Under the pieces are notes generated by a model. It made no database searches, had not been told where the DNA came from, and saw nothing but the letters and a program-made list of their open reading frames with translations. Positions 20,975 through 30,404 of a stretch of 64,000 bases of DNA are shown here, in pieces (positions within the stretch are counted from its first letter, which is position 1; the number at the start of each line of letters is the position of its first letter). A program made the translations under genes and the position numbers. Source of the stretch: an uncultured Prevotellaceae bacterium (GTDB lineage Bacteria > Bacteroidota > Bacteroidia > Bacteroidales > Bacteroidaceae); contig CADAOD010000021.1 of NCBI GenBank assembly GCA_902789415.1, positions 5,030-69,029 of the forward strand. The letters run 5' to 3'.

Positions 20975-20999
20975 AAAACCGCCTATTTAGGGCGGTTTT
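20975..20999 (+). terminator. Element-supplied terminator after tRNA-Glu
   Basis: AAAACCGCC/GGCGGTTTT inverted repeat. Confidence 0.8.
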
Positions 21000-21006
21000 C
21001 GCGTTT

Positions 21007-21027
21007 TTACACGCAGAATTACACGCA
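21007..21027 (+). repeat. Integrase arm-type site pair (TTACACGCA x2, 12-bp period)
   Basis: Same pair inverted at 21206-21226 and direct at 54356-54376. Confidence 0.75.
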
Positions 21028-21205
21028 GTTTTCTATATTTCACCTCTACTCAGCGAACATGATTATAGACTTTTCAAAGCAGTATAATCTCGTTTTTGGG
21101 TCTTTCAGATGACATATAATTATTATATGTAGGATTTTCGCGAATATAAAAATATGATTCTGGGTTGAACTGATGCCACGTTCAAGTTCACTATCCCCGA
21201 CATCA

Positions 21206-21226
21206 TGCGTGTAAAATTGCGTGTAA
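21206..21226 (-). repeat. Integrase arm-type site pair, inverted
   Basis: TGCGTGTAA at 21206 and 21218. Confidence 0.75.
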
Positions 21227-21656
21227 CCTGGTCTTTTCAGCAAGAAATCGACAAAATTACACTGTAATAGTGCATTTTCTTTAAAATTTTGCACTGCTTT
21301 AGTGCATTTAAGGATTACATTGTCATGGATGACATAGAATATGGCTCCGGCAGCATCATTACTCCTCCGGGCTTTCGGTTTGACCTACTGATTGTTTCAG
21401 AGGAACGCAGTTCCTCCCGTAGTTCTTTTCTTCCTTTGTCGTTTTCTTCCAAAAAGATTTTCATACATTGTCGCTTTAATACAATTTCTTCTTTCTACGT
21501 GTTCTTAATTAACAATAGAAGAAAGGGGGAAAGAAGAGTACTGAGTACCCTTCTCTTCTAAACCCCCTGCAGTAAGAGTTAGAGTACTCTTCTTGCGCGC
21601 GCGCACGAGGTTAATCGCCCTGTAAATCGGTGTTACAGCATATTTTTTGCTTCGAG

Positions 21657-21782
21657 TTTTCACTACTCGGCGCGGCATTTTCACTACTCGGCGCGGCATT
21701 TTCACTACTCGGCGCGGTGAGTTTTCACTACTCGGCGCGGCATTTTCACTACTCGGCGCGGCATTTTCACTATTCGGCGCGG
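21657..21782. repeat. Six iterons (19-bp core TTTTCACTACTCGGCGCGG, 21-bp period); candidate replication origin
   Basis: Units at 21657, 21678, 21699, 21722, 21743, 21764; no spacers; Rep-like gene nearby. Confidence 0.8.
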
Positions 21783-21826
21783 TAGTTAAATAATGTTTAT
21801 TTCTTGGATGTTAGAAATAATCTTTG

Positions 21827-22105
21827 TATCTTTGCCATCGCTTAACAGATGATAGTTCCTTCTATCCGGTAAGAGCAACAACCGTAACTGCTCAGCCTTC
21901 GGCTCGGGCTTTTTTGATGGCCAAGAGCCAGCGAGTATTGACTCGTAACATTGTGGGTAAATTGGTATAGTCAACATATAACGGCTGCCATCTCGTAGAT
22001 CAATCTGCTCTCCGGAGAAGACTACATCTGTTAAGCAACGGGATGTGCAGCCGTTTCCTTGTCACCGTACCAGCGGTACTGGTAAGCTTAACAGATGTAG
22101 CAAAA
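21827..22105 (+). promoter_or_regulatory. Promoter plus structured leader with an a / a' / a complementary triad
   Basis: -7 box TATCTTTG near 21827; GCTTAACAGATG 21840; CTACATCTGTTAAGC 22022; GCTTAACAGATGTAG 22086; hairpin plus T6 at 21890-21915. Confidence 0.65.
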
Positions 22106-22636
22106 ATGGAACAAAGAAAGAGCGTAGAGGATTTGAAAGATTTAGAGTCTTTCGAGAAAAAAGTCCTACAAGATGTTGAAAAACAAAAAAGAGAAGAAGC
22201 GAAGAATTACCTGAGACTTCTCACAAAAGGTGCAGAAAGTATATGGGCATGGTGGCACCCGTCATGTCTGACCAGCGAATTTCTGACGATACTCCCCCAA
22301 AAAGATTTCGCGGACGGAGGCACCATGTTCCCGTTTGGGATCGTGTGGCCTTCTGGTATGGCTATAAATTTGGTTAAGTTATCCCAGTTCATTGATTATT
22401 GCAAAAAAAGATTTGGTTCTGATGCCTCGATAGCCAACGGTTTCATTTGGAGAGAAAATGGCAGGATGTGCTACGTGTGGTATTTAAATGCTGGCATGCT
22501 TAACGGGTTGTCTGAACTTATCAAGAAAGCAGCAAAGATATATTCCCTTCCTATTACTCAAGAGTCAAATCAATGCCATAGTCTATCAGAGAAATCGAAA
22601 AGATGCAAAATAGTGGATTTAGATAAGGTAGTATAA
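22106..22636 (+). CDS. Hypothetical protein (start moved to ATG 22106), candidate element regulator
   Basis: ORF preceded by A-rich AAAAATG directly after the antisense target; no family recognised. Confidence 0.7.
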   Translation: MEQRKSVEDLKDLESFEKKVLQDVEKQKREEAKNYLRLLTKGAESIWAWWHPSCLTSEFLTILPQKDFADGGTMFPFGIVWPSGMAINLVKLSQFIDYCKKRFGSDASIANGFIWRENGRMCYVWYLNAGMLNGLSELIKKAAKIYSLPITQESNQCHSLSEKSKRCKIVDLDKVV

Positions 22637-22695
22637 AATGCAATTTTTCAGCAAGCAGAGCCCTGAAATGCCCATTTTACGGGCTGGAAAAATCG

Positions 22696-22762
22696 TAAAT
22701 GTGTTAAATCAAGACAAAGTTTTGAATTTTTATGGCGGTCAAAAATGTATTTCCGATCTTTG
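22696..22762 (+). promoter_or_regulatory. Conserved 20-bp box plus -7 promoter element (copy 1)
   Basis: TAAATGTGTTAAATCAAGAC 22696-22715; GATCTTTG at 22755. Confidence 0.75.
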
Positions 22763-22790
22763 CCTTAGAATTAATTAAAAAGGTGATAAA

Positions 22791-23153
22791 ATGGATACAC
22801 TACAGCAAATAACGAAGGACACTCCTGTTGCAATGATGACCTATGGTCAGCTGCAGGATCATCTTACAGAGCATCTTACAGAGCATTTTATGAAGAATCT
22901 CTTCCCACCTCCTCTCCTTGAAATCCTGGCTAAGTACACGGAAATAGAAGAGAAGAACACGAAGCGATATGAGTATGGTGTAGGCGGAATAAAGAGATTG
23001 TTCCATTGCAGCTACCCTACGGCCCACAAACTAAAAGAAACGATTCTCAAACCTGCTATTCATCAGCAAGGACGTGTGGTTCTGGTCGATGTTGATCTCG
23101 CTCTTAAACTGTTCAGAGAAGCGAAAACGGTTAACAGCATAAAAGATTTATAG
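22791..23153 (+). CDS. DUF3853-like excisionase/HTH protein
   Basis: VAMMTYGQLQ..YEYGVGGIKRLFHCSYPTAHKLK..AIHQQGRVVLVDVDLALKLF. Confidence 0.75.
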   Translation: MDTLQQITKDTPVAMMTYGQLQDHLTEHLTEHFMKNLFPPPLLEILAKYTEIEEKNTKRYEYGVGGIKRLFHCSYPTAHKLKETILKPAIHQQGRVVLVDVDLALKLFREAKTVNSIKDL

Positions 23154-23155
23154 GT

Positions 23156-24676
23156 ATGTCAAATATACAGCTATATCAAGACATGACTACTCTTTCCAAT
23201 ATTTTTCTCCGCCGAATAAGAGTTCCGACCGAGAAGAGTCTTGGTAAATTGTCGTCAGCTTTGTTGGATATTTTTATCGAGCACTATAAGGACAAAAAAG
23301 ATGAACTACTAAGTCTTCGAGAAAAAAAGATGCCAGAGGTCAATAGATTTCTCACCTTAAAAGTTACATTTGGAGATTTACATTTTGCGGCCGATAAAAA
23401 TTTACCACGAGCAAAAGATTACATAGAATCATATATACTTAAAATTACCGAATGCCCATGCATTATATGGGATGACAAAAAGCAAAAATACAAGACTCTT
23501 CCATTATTGAAAGCTGCTGATGTCGATTTAGAAGGGTATTGTAAAATAACTTTTAATGATGTCCTTCTTGAGCACTTACTTCCCAAAAGCGAGTACGGTG
23601 CCTATGAGCCTGAAATAATAAAAGAATTACAGAAGAAAAATATGTACGCAGGCTATATATATCAAGAGGCATGTAGCTGGGAAAATCTTTATAATCACGG
23701 TAGGAACCCCTTCTTTATCTGGACTCTTTCTGACATTCGAAAGAAATTCAGTTTTGATGAGATAATTATTTGTGAAGATGGAACAAAAATTAAAGTCACG
23801 GAACCAAAAAAGAAGATGAGGATAGATAATCTACTTGGCAAAGTCCTTAATCCAGCGATAAAGAACATAAACGACTTATATGATCAAGGAAAAATTAGAT
23901 TTTGGATTGGTGTAAGTTGTAGTTACACTGGCGAGAAAAAAACAGGTCGTTCTCCTAAGAACTGTTTTCGGTTTGAAATTCATAAGGAGAAGAAAAACAA
24001 CAACATAGAATCCTTTCAGTCTGCTGTTCAACAAGAAATACAATTTGACGAATGTATCATTCTGGATAATGTATATATGATTCATAATATATTGAAAGGG
24101 AAAAAAGTTCCTCAGTCAAAAATCGATAAGATAATTGGTCAAATTAAAGAAAGGGAAACAGCGGACAATAATTACAGTGAGCAAGTCCTTTCGAAAATAA
24201 GAACGGTCGACAGCAAACACGGCGATAAAGGCGACAAAGAATGGTGGTATATTATAGGTGCTGTACTCTGGAGAGAGTTTCATCTTGGTGTTCCTGGGAA
24301 AAAAGAACTGCAATCCATGACAAGCGGTTGGCCGGACACCATCGACGAAAAGATTAAGTTGATGCAGAAAAGCTGGGAGATCTGTGATAAAGCCATACGA
24401 GAATACCCTCATCTTAATCTAACCCAAGAAAAGGTGATAAGTATTCTGGGCAATGAGTTCAGGGAGTACTGTATAAAATCAAATCCCCCCAAAACTCTGC
24501 GAAACTGGGATGATGCAACATCATTATTTTACACTTTACTGGGCAAACCTTATTTTAACGAAAAATTGAATCATGGAACAGGGAATAATCAAACAACAGA
24601 CACAGGCCAGTCTGACACAGCTTCGAACAGAGCTGATGACTATTTTAAACGCCGAGGAAGTCAGAGAATCTTATAA
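23156..24676 (+). CDS. Replication initiator (Rep_3-like winged-helix N-terminus) with C-terminal extension
   Basis: Rep-type spacing (KITFNDVLLEHLL..Y....IIKELQKKNMYAGYIYQ..WTLSDIRKKF..VLNPAIKNIN); iterons upstream; dnaB downstream. Confidence 0.65.
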   Translation: MSNIQLYQDMTTLSNIFLRRIRVPTEKSLGKLSSALLDIFIEHYKDKKDELLSLREKKMPEVNRFLTLKVTFGDLHFAADKNLPRAKDYIESYILKITECPCIIWDDKKQKYKTLPLLKAADVDLEGYCKITFNDVLLEHLLPKSEYGAYEPEIIKELQKKNMYAGYIYQEACSWENLYNHGRNPFFIWTLSDIRKKFSFDEIIICEDGTKIKVTEPKKKMRIDNLLGKVLNPAIKNINDLYDQGKIRFWIGVSCSYTGEKKTGRSPKNCFRFEIHKEKKNNNIESFQSAVQQEIQFDECIILDNVYMIHNILKGKKVPQSKIDKIIGQIKERETADNNYSEQVLSKIRTVDSKHGDKGDKEWWYIIGAVLWREFHLGVPGKKELQSMTSGWPDTIDEKIKLMQKSWEICDKAIREYPHLNLTQEKVISILGNEFREYCIKSNPPKTLRNWDDATSLFYTLLGKPYFNEKLNHGTGNNQTTDTGQSDTASNRADDYFKRRGSQRIL

Positions 24677-25361
24677 TGACGAAGATTCTTTAATTAGATC
24701 TTTCTCACCATTATGCCATTATGACATCATCAAAAATGAGCATAATGTATGGTTCGGCGCATATCCTACCTTAGTTACAATTAACAATGTTTACCCCGAG
24801 ACCGCTGAGCGTCTTGTAAACATAATGCTGGAGGACTTGGAAATATATATATGTGCTAACAAAAAATTTGATGAAACACAGTATATTCAATTATCACAAA
24901 TAATAGTATCCGAGTTTTACTTTCTAAAAATTTCGGAGTTAATTTTATTTTTTTGGCGCGTAAAAAGTGGACACTATGGTAAGTTCTACGGTCAGATTGA
25001 TCCGCTCAATCTTATCGAATGGTTGAGGAACTTCGTGTATGAGTATAGGTGGAATGCTATTAACGCAGATATTCAGAAAATAGAAGACGCCTATGAACAA
25101 TGGCATAGTCAGAATGTAGTTAAAGATCGCAACTTAGGTCATGAACTGCCTAACATCATGAAGGCAATAAGTGACAAAGCCACCGAAGAAAATGCAGAAG
25201 ACACAGAAAACCCAGATTTGGTGCAGGAATCTGCCTTAGCCTTAGTAAATAACACGGCAAACCTTAGTCCGGAAGATTTGATGGAAGTCTGTAGGGTATG
25301 GAAAGCCAGACATGGATGCAATCCATATGAATTTGTAACAAAGAATAAGAAGGAGGGTTAA
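24573..25361 (+). CDS. Phage-type replication-associated protein (DUF6633-like); possible helicase loader
   Basis: LKISELILFFWRVKSGHYGKFYGQIDPL recalled from Bacteroidota phage replication modules; lies between Rep and DnaB. Confidence 0.55.
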   Translation: MEQGIIKQQTQASLTQLRTELMTILNAEEVRESYNDEDSLIRSFSPLCHYDIIKNEHNVWFGAYPTLVTINNVYPETAERLVNIMLEDLEIYICANKKFDETQYIQLSQIIVSEFYFLKISELILFFWRVKSGHYGKFYGQIDPLNLIEWLRNFVYEYRWNAINADIQKIEDAYEQWHSQNVVKDRNLGHELPNIMKAISDKATEENAEDTENPDLVQESALALVNNTANLSPEDLMEVCRVWKARHGCNPYEFVTKNKKEG

Positions 25362-25363
25362 AT

Positions 25364-26848
25364 ATGCCACAGAACAACAATAATAGAAGTAGATATAACC
25401 AGCGGCAGGTTGAACAAAATAATCGTGATTATGTCATGCCACAAGCGACGGATATAGAGAAAGCCGTACTTGGTGCTCAAATGATAGACAAGGATGCCAA
25501 TGCCACTTTTGCCAAATTAACGAAAAATGAGCCGGTCTATTATGAGCCCCGCAATCAGATGATTCAAGATGCCATTGATACACTTGCGAGGGATGGACAC
25601 CCCATCGATGTATGGACGGTTGTCAATCAATTGAGTAGCATGGGTAATCTGGAAGAGGTTGGCGGTCCTGGCTATGTGACGGAACTATCAAGTAAGGTCG
25701 CATCTTCATCTACAATTAAATACCACACTTTAGTGCTCCTCGAAAAATACAAAAAACGCCGGTTAATAACGAACGGAATTACCTTGCAAAATAAAGGATA
25801 TGATAACACCATCTTGGCTGATGAATTATTGTGCGAAGCAGATTCCGACCTTCAAGCCATCCGTAATATACAACTCGGCGAAGAAATAAAGGACTTAAAG
25901 GTTAGCATCAAGGAGGCCGTAGAAGAGATACAAGCAGCAGCTTCAAACCCAGACGGGATAACAGGCATTGCATCATTTATAAGCCTGGATGCGAAAACAT
26001 CTGGCTTTCAAGATTCCGATTTGGTCATTGTCGCTGCCCGTCCTGCAATGGGTAAGACCTCCTTCGCTTTGACAACAATAAAGAAGATTGCGGTAATTCA
26101 GAAAATTCCAACGGCTTTCTTCTCGCTCGAAATGTCTGCTGTACAACTAACCAAGCGTCTTATTTCTGACGTTGCCTCTGTTCCTGGACAGACCATCCTT
26201 CACGGACAACTAAGCTGCGACGAATGGGACAGACTGGATAAAACTCTAACACCATTGATTGATGCACCTTTGTATATAGACGATACTCCCGGACTGACCA
26301 TCGGCGAGTTCCGCGCTAAGGCAAAAAGGCTCGTAAAGGAAAAAGGAGTAAAAATTATCTTTGTTGATTATCTTCAAATGATGCACTATGGTGCTAAGAA
26401 CTTCAGTACTCGACAGGAAGAGGTGAGCAACATATGTGAATCACTTAAAAACATCGCGAAAGAGCTGAATGTACCAATTATAGCCTTAGCTCAACTCAAC
26501 CGTGGCGTAGAGAACCGTGAGGGTCTGGATGGCAAACGCCCACGTCTTAGTGACTTGCGAGAATCAGGAAGTATAGAGCAAGCTGCCGACTTGGTAATGT
26601 TCATTCATCGCCCTGAATACTACCATATATACCAGGACGAGAACGGCAGAGACCTGCGCGGTATGGCACAGATTATCATCGCTAAGCATCGCAAGGGTGC
26701 CACCGGCGACGTACTCTTGTCATTCAAAGGTGAGTTCACGCGATTCGAGGATCCGGAAGAAAACACTCTTAACAGTCCCCATCAGTCAACACAGAAGCCA
26801 GCTGACAATGAGACCACCTATCAGGAAGGTGGACCGACTCCCTTCTAA
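25364..26848 (+). CDS. dnaB: Replicative DNA helicase
   Basis: AARPAMGKTSF, FSLEMS, IFVDYLQMM, LAQLNR, SDLRESGSIEQAAD, IIAKHRKG. Confidence 0.95.
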   Translation: MPQNNNNRSRYNQRQVEQNNRDYVMPQATDIEKAVLGAQMIDKDANATFAKLTKNEPVYYEPRNQMIQDAIDTLARDGHPIDVWTVVNQLSSMGNLEEVGGPGYVTELSSKVASSSTIKYHTLVLLEKYKKRRLITNGITLQNKGYDNTILADELLCEADSDLQAIRNIQLGEEIKDLKVSIKEAVEEIQAAASNPDGITGIASFISLDAKTSGFQDSDLVIVAARPAMGKTSFALTTIKKIAVIQKIPTAFFSLEMSAVQLTKRLISDVASVPGQTILHGQLSCDEWDRLDKTLTPLIDAPLYIDDTPGLTIGEFRAKAKRLVKEKGVKIIFVDYLQMMHYGAKNFSTRQEEVSNICESLKNIAKELNVPIIALAQLNRGVENREGLDGKRPRLSDLRESGSIEQAADLVMFIHRPEYYHIYQDENGRDLRGMAQIIIAKHRKGATGDVLLSFKGEFTRFEDPEENTLNSPHQSTQKPADNETTYQEGGPTPF

Positions 26849-26952
26849 GTAATAATGCTCTCATCTCACATCTGAGGGTGTAGGCATGAGAGCATCTTAT
26901 TATATATAATGTGTACATTATTACATCGTAAACAAGTAAATATATTAGAGTT

Positions 26953-27621
26953 ATGAAACGAAGTGTCAAAGTTATTACGACCTCCATCAAGGGAGGTGTG
27001 GGCAAGACCCAGATTTGTGCTACACAAGCATTGTACATGGTGGAGAAAGGCATACCTGTTAAGGTGATAGATGCCGACATCCAACAGTCGTTATCCCGTC
27101 ACCGCCAGCGTGACCTCGAAGTCCACCCGGACGAATGGATTCCCTATAGTGTCGATTTCCTGAACACTACAGACATTAACATGGTTAAGGCTGGCATGGA
27201 GATGATTTCTTCACTACCCTGCTGCTTTCTGATTGACTGCCCAGGTAATATCAGTGACCAGGCACTCAGCGTTATCTACAGGGCAGCAGACTATGCCGTT
27301 ATACCCTTTGAACTGAATGCTGATAGTGTTGACGCAACAGTTATGTTTGCAGAGGTGTTCAAAGCAAACTTCTCGGCTAAGATGTACTTTGTTCCCAACA
27401 AGGTTTCACCTATTTATGAGAAGCGTGGCGAGGTGCGCAAAGCCCGTGAAGATGCCGAAGCAGCTCTTGGCAAACTTGGCATAGTAACGCCAGACATCAA
27501 GATGACAACCCATCTGAACGGGTATTCAACTCTCGAGCTGTTAGACAGAGATAAGCGCAGACATATCCTTGACGCTTTTCATCCTATCGTCGAACCAATT
27601 TGGAAAGTTTATAACCGCTAA
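26953..27621 (+). CDS. parA: ParA-family ATPase
   Basis: Deviant Walker A KGGVGKT, IDADIQ, IDCPG. Confidence 0.88.
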   Translation: MKRSVKVITTSIKGGVGKTQICATQALYMVEKGIPVKVIDADIQQSLSRHRQRDLEVHPDEWIPYSVDFLNTTDINMVKAGMEMISSLPCCFLIDCPGNISDQALSVIYRAADYAVIPFELNADSVDATVMFAEVFKANFSAKMYFVPNKVSPIYEKRGEVRKAREDAEAALGKLGIVTPDIKMTTHLNGYSTLELLDRDKRRHILDAFHPIVEPIWKVYNR

Positions 27622-27632
27622 ATATTAAAGCT

Positions 27633-27959
27633 ATGGCAACAAAAAGAAGAATAGAGAACATCGCTAATGATGTCGATTTGACAGGTGCCTTTCTGAAGAA
27701 AACAGAGAAAGACCAAACCGTCAACAACACCAAGAATCCAGGAACCACCACCCCTGATGGGAGCTGGGTACGTGCAACCTTCATCTGTTCAAAAGAACTT
27801 GTGGACAAAATCAAGTTCATCGCAGAAGAGGAGAATTTCAGCATTCGAGAAGTCGTTGAGAAATCATTCAGCAATACTATTAGCCGTTACGAGACTAAGA
27901 AAGGAAAGAAGATAGTTATCAAGTCCAAGAAGAGAAAGGACATTGATAGCATCATCTGA
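27633..27959 (+). CDS. Small ParA partner (ribbon-helix-helix like)
   Basis: WVRATFICSKELVDKIKFIA strand-helix-helix pattern directly after parA. Confidence 0.65.
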   Translation: MATKRRIENIANDVDLTGAFLKKTEKDQTVNNTKNPGTTTPDGSWVRATFICSKELVDKIKFIAEEENFSIREVVEKSFSNTISRYETKKGKKIVIKSKKRKDIDSII

Positions 27960-27978
27960 ACGCCATGATTTATGCTCG

Positions 27979-28012
27979 ATGCCAGGGTGCTGTGAAGTAC
28001 TCTGGCATTTTT
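27979..28012 (+). terminator. Terminator of the rep/par operon
   Basis: ATGCCAGGGTGC/GTACTCTGGCAT stem plus T run. Confidence 0.75.
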
Positions 28013-28044
28013 CCAGTTCAAGGCATTTATTCAGAAAAAAATCG

Positions 28045-28111
28045 TAAATGTGTTAAATCAAGAGGAACTTTCTCTTGAATTTGTACACTTTGGGGAATAA
28101 ATGTATCTTTG
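28045..28111 (+). promoter_or_regulatory. Conserved box plus -7 promoter element (copy 2)
   Basis: TAAATGTGTTAAATCAAGA 28045-28063; TATCTTTG at 28104. Confidence 0.75.
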
Positions 28112-28148
28112 CTGCAAATAGAAAGAATATGTTAAATATTTAACCATA

Positions 28149-30170
28149 TTGAAAGTTATGTCAGAACCGAGAAATAAGCAAATCTTTCAAGATTTAGAAT
28201 ATGTCTTTGACAGGTATTACAGGGAGAATATCGCCCCTGTGGTCAAGGGTCAGATGGACTACCTCAAGAAGAAGCAGTCCGAGGAATACGTGCGTATGCT
28301 TGATAGCCGTCCTGTTGCTCCTGGCCAGTCTGGTATGATGCATGCCTCCATGGTTGCTCAGGAGGCCCATCTTGTGGGCGAGTGGAATAGCAAGACCTCC
28401 GACGACCTCCTGAAGATGGTTGACGGTAAGCTTGGTAAAAACAAGAATCTTCAGCATGACTTTGAGGTGTTTGTTGATGCCTGGCGCTTGACTGCCGTAA
28501 AGGAGATGGGGAAGCAGCGTTATGCTGAGCTTTCCGCAAAGTGTCCTTCCAAGGATCTTGCTAAAGAGTTCATTTCTAACCGTTTTATGCAGTTGGAACT
28601 TGAACAGCTTGCCAAAGCACAGGTTCCCAAGTCCTCCTTGGAGTATATTATGAAGAAAGGCTTTGGTGATTCATTCCCAGCCTTTCTTTCTGGCATGTCC
28701 ATGCCGGAAGGTCAACATGACCATATAATCAAGAATCTCGCAGAGAAGATGTATGATCCAAGTTCTGCAGAGAAGCTTGCTGCCTATACTACCACCTTCG
28801 TTGCCGATACCGCTACCACTGGTGGCTATGGTTCATGGACGAAAGCGGGTGTCTGGCTTGGTTTCGAGGTTCTCGCCCGTTCTGGTTTGGCATTATTAGA
28901 TGACAATACGACTTTCGATCAAGTCTTGGGAAAGGAGTTATATGGAGACGAGAACGCCTTTGCTTCTATTCGGTCTAATGGCAAGAAGGTAAAAGTCGCT
29001 CAGTCAGAGATCGTTCACGCTGTCAATGACTGCCTAAACAAGCCCATGACTATTCCTGAGTACCGGCCTCTTTACAGTCCTTCATGGCAAAAGGCGCGTT
29101 GTGACGAGCTAACAAATGCAGCTGGAGGTGACGCTTCTCTTCACATGGAAAATGTGCTTTCTGTATCAAGGAAGTATGGATTGAAACCCTCTGCCGTCTC
29201 TAACGTGCCAGGATGGATGTTTCAGAAGAGCCAGCAACAGTGTATTGAATTAAGCAGCTATTTTCTTTCTACTGCCTTAACCATGCAGCGTAGCAAGATG
29301 AAGATGCAGACTATTAACGGCCAGAAGTTTACTTTTGACGAGATTATTCAGAGAGCATATGACTATGCCCGTGCTGCCGATCAGATGCAGAAACAGGCAG
29401 AGAAACCCCAGGTGCAGACTGCATCAGTTGCCGTTTCTTCTCAGCAGGCTACTGCACAAAGTCAGGAACAACGTCAGTATCAGCCACAAGTCCAGCAACA
29501 GCAATATGCCGTACAGCAGCAGTATCAGCAGGGACAGCCTTTGCCCCAGCAGATGCAGCAATCTGCTGTTAACTACCAGACAGAAGGTATGAATGGCTGG
29601 CATAGTATGATGAGCCAGTTAGGTCTATCAAATATGGGAGATATCGGTCATAACCTTGGTTATGTCATTGCCATGTTGCCTGATATGCTTGTTGGTATGC
29701 TGACGGGTAAGAGTAGTAGTCTTCGTCTGAATGATAATCTTCTGCCTTTCGGTGCCATCTTTGCTGGAATGTTTGTAAAGAATCCGCTTTTGAAGATGCT
29801 TCTGATTGGTCTTGGTGGTGCCAATATCCTTAACAAGGCAGGTCACAATCTCTTGGAGAACTCTGGAGTCCAGACTTCCCAGCAGCGTCCAAAGCAGTAC
29901 GTCCAGCATAAAGACGAATTACTTTCCGAGCGCATTGAGCAGCCTGCCATGAAGGGCAATGCCCTTTTAGCCACTATAGACCATAAGCCCTGTGTTATCT
30001 ATATCGACGAGCAGAGTGCCGATGCCTACTATCAGGGTAAGCTCCCTCTTAACGTTCTCTGTAATGCTGTTCTGAGGAAGTATGATGAACAACAGTCTGC
30101 TGTCAGAGATAATTATGACCGTAGTGTTTCACAAGGTCAGGAACGGCAACAGACTCTCGGAATTAAATAG
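28149..30170 (+). CDS. Conjugative-element-associated hypothetical protein with a Gln-rich linker
   Basis: GEWNSKT, GMLTGK..L..NLLPFGAIFAGMFVKNPLLKMLLIGLGGANILNKAG recalled from Prevotella conjugative elements; function unknown. Confidence 0.7.
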   Translation: MKVMSEPRNKQIFQDLEYVFDRYYRENIAPVVKGQMDYLKKKQSEEYVRMLDSRPVAPGQSGMMHASMVAQEAHLVGEWNSKTSDDLLKMVDGKLGKNKNLQHDFEVFVDAWRLTAVKEMGKQRYAELSAKCPSKDLAKEFISNRFMQLELEQLAKAQVPKSSLEYIMKKGFGDSFPAFLSGMSMPEGQHDHIIKNLAEKMYDPSSAEKLAAYTTTFVADTATTGGYGSWTKAGVWLGFEVLARSGLALLDDNTTFDQVLGKELYGDENAFASIRSNGKKVKVAQSEIVHAVNDCLNKPMTIPEYRPLYSPSWQKARCDELTNAAGGDASLHMENVLSVSRKYGLKPSAVSNVPGWMFQKSQQQCIELSSYFLSTALTMQRSKMKMQTINGQKFTFDEIIQRAYDYARAADQMQKQAEKPQVQTASVAVSSQQATAQSQEQRQYQPQVQQQQYAVQQQYQQGQPLPQQMQQSAVNYQTEGMNGWHSMMSQLGLSNMGDIGHNLGYVIAMLPDMLVGMLTGKSSSLRLNDNLLPFGAIFAGMFVKNPLLKMLLIGLGGANILNKAGHNLLENSGVQTSQQRPKQYVQHKDELLSERIEQPAMKGNALLATIDHKPCVIYIDEQSADAYYQGKLPLNVLCNAVLRKYDEQQSAVRDNYDRSVSQGQERQQTLGIK

Positions 30171-30173
30171 ACA

Positions 30174-30218
30174 TGACATATTGCTACTCCTTATTTAGGG
30201 GTAGCGATATGTCTTTTT
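30174..30218 (+). terminator. Terminator
   Basis: GACATATTGCTACTCC/GGGGTAGCGATATGTC plus T run. Confidence 0.8.
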
Positions 30219-30299
30219 ATTGATGCATAAAAATATGGAATAAGCTTTTTCTCATTCTGCTTTTCTCTTGATTAAGACAATTTAAGACGATGAAATTTC

Positions 30300-30366
30300 T
30301 AAATGTGTTAAATCAAGACAAAGTTTTGAATATTTTATCGCGTGTGTTATATAAAAGATAACTTTG
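30300..30366 (+). promoter_or_regulatory. Conserved box plus -7 promoter element (copy 3)
   Basis: TAAATGTGTTAAATCAAGAC 30300-30319; TAACTTTG at 30359. Confidence 0.75.
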
Positions 30367-30404
30367 TCAGAAACAGGAAAATATTAAACTAAAATAAATA
30401 AATT

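Noticed and set aside
21046-21705. Short ORFs near attL (82, 90 and 66 aa)
   Set aside because: They overlap arm sites and iterons; low complexity and no family resemblance
21657-21782. CRISPR array
   Set aside because: Repeats are contiguous with only 2-4 nt between them; no unique spacers and no cas genes. Iterons fit better
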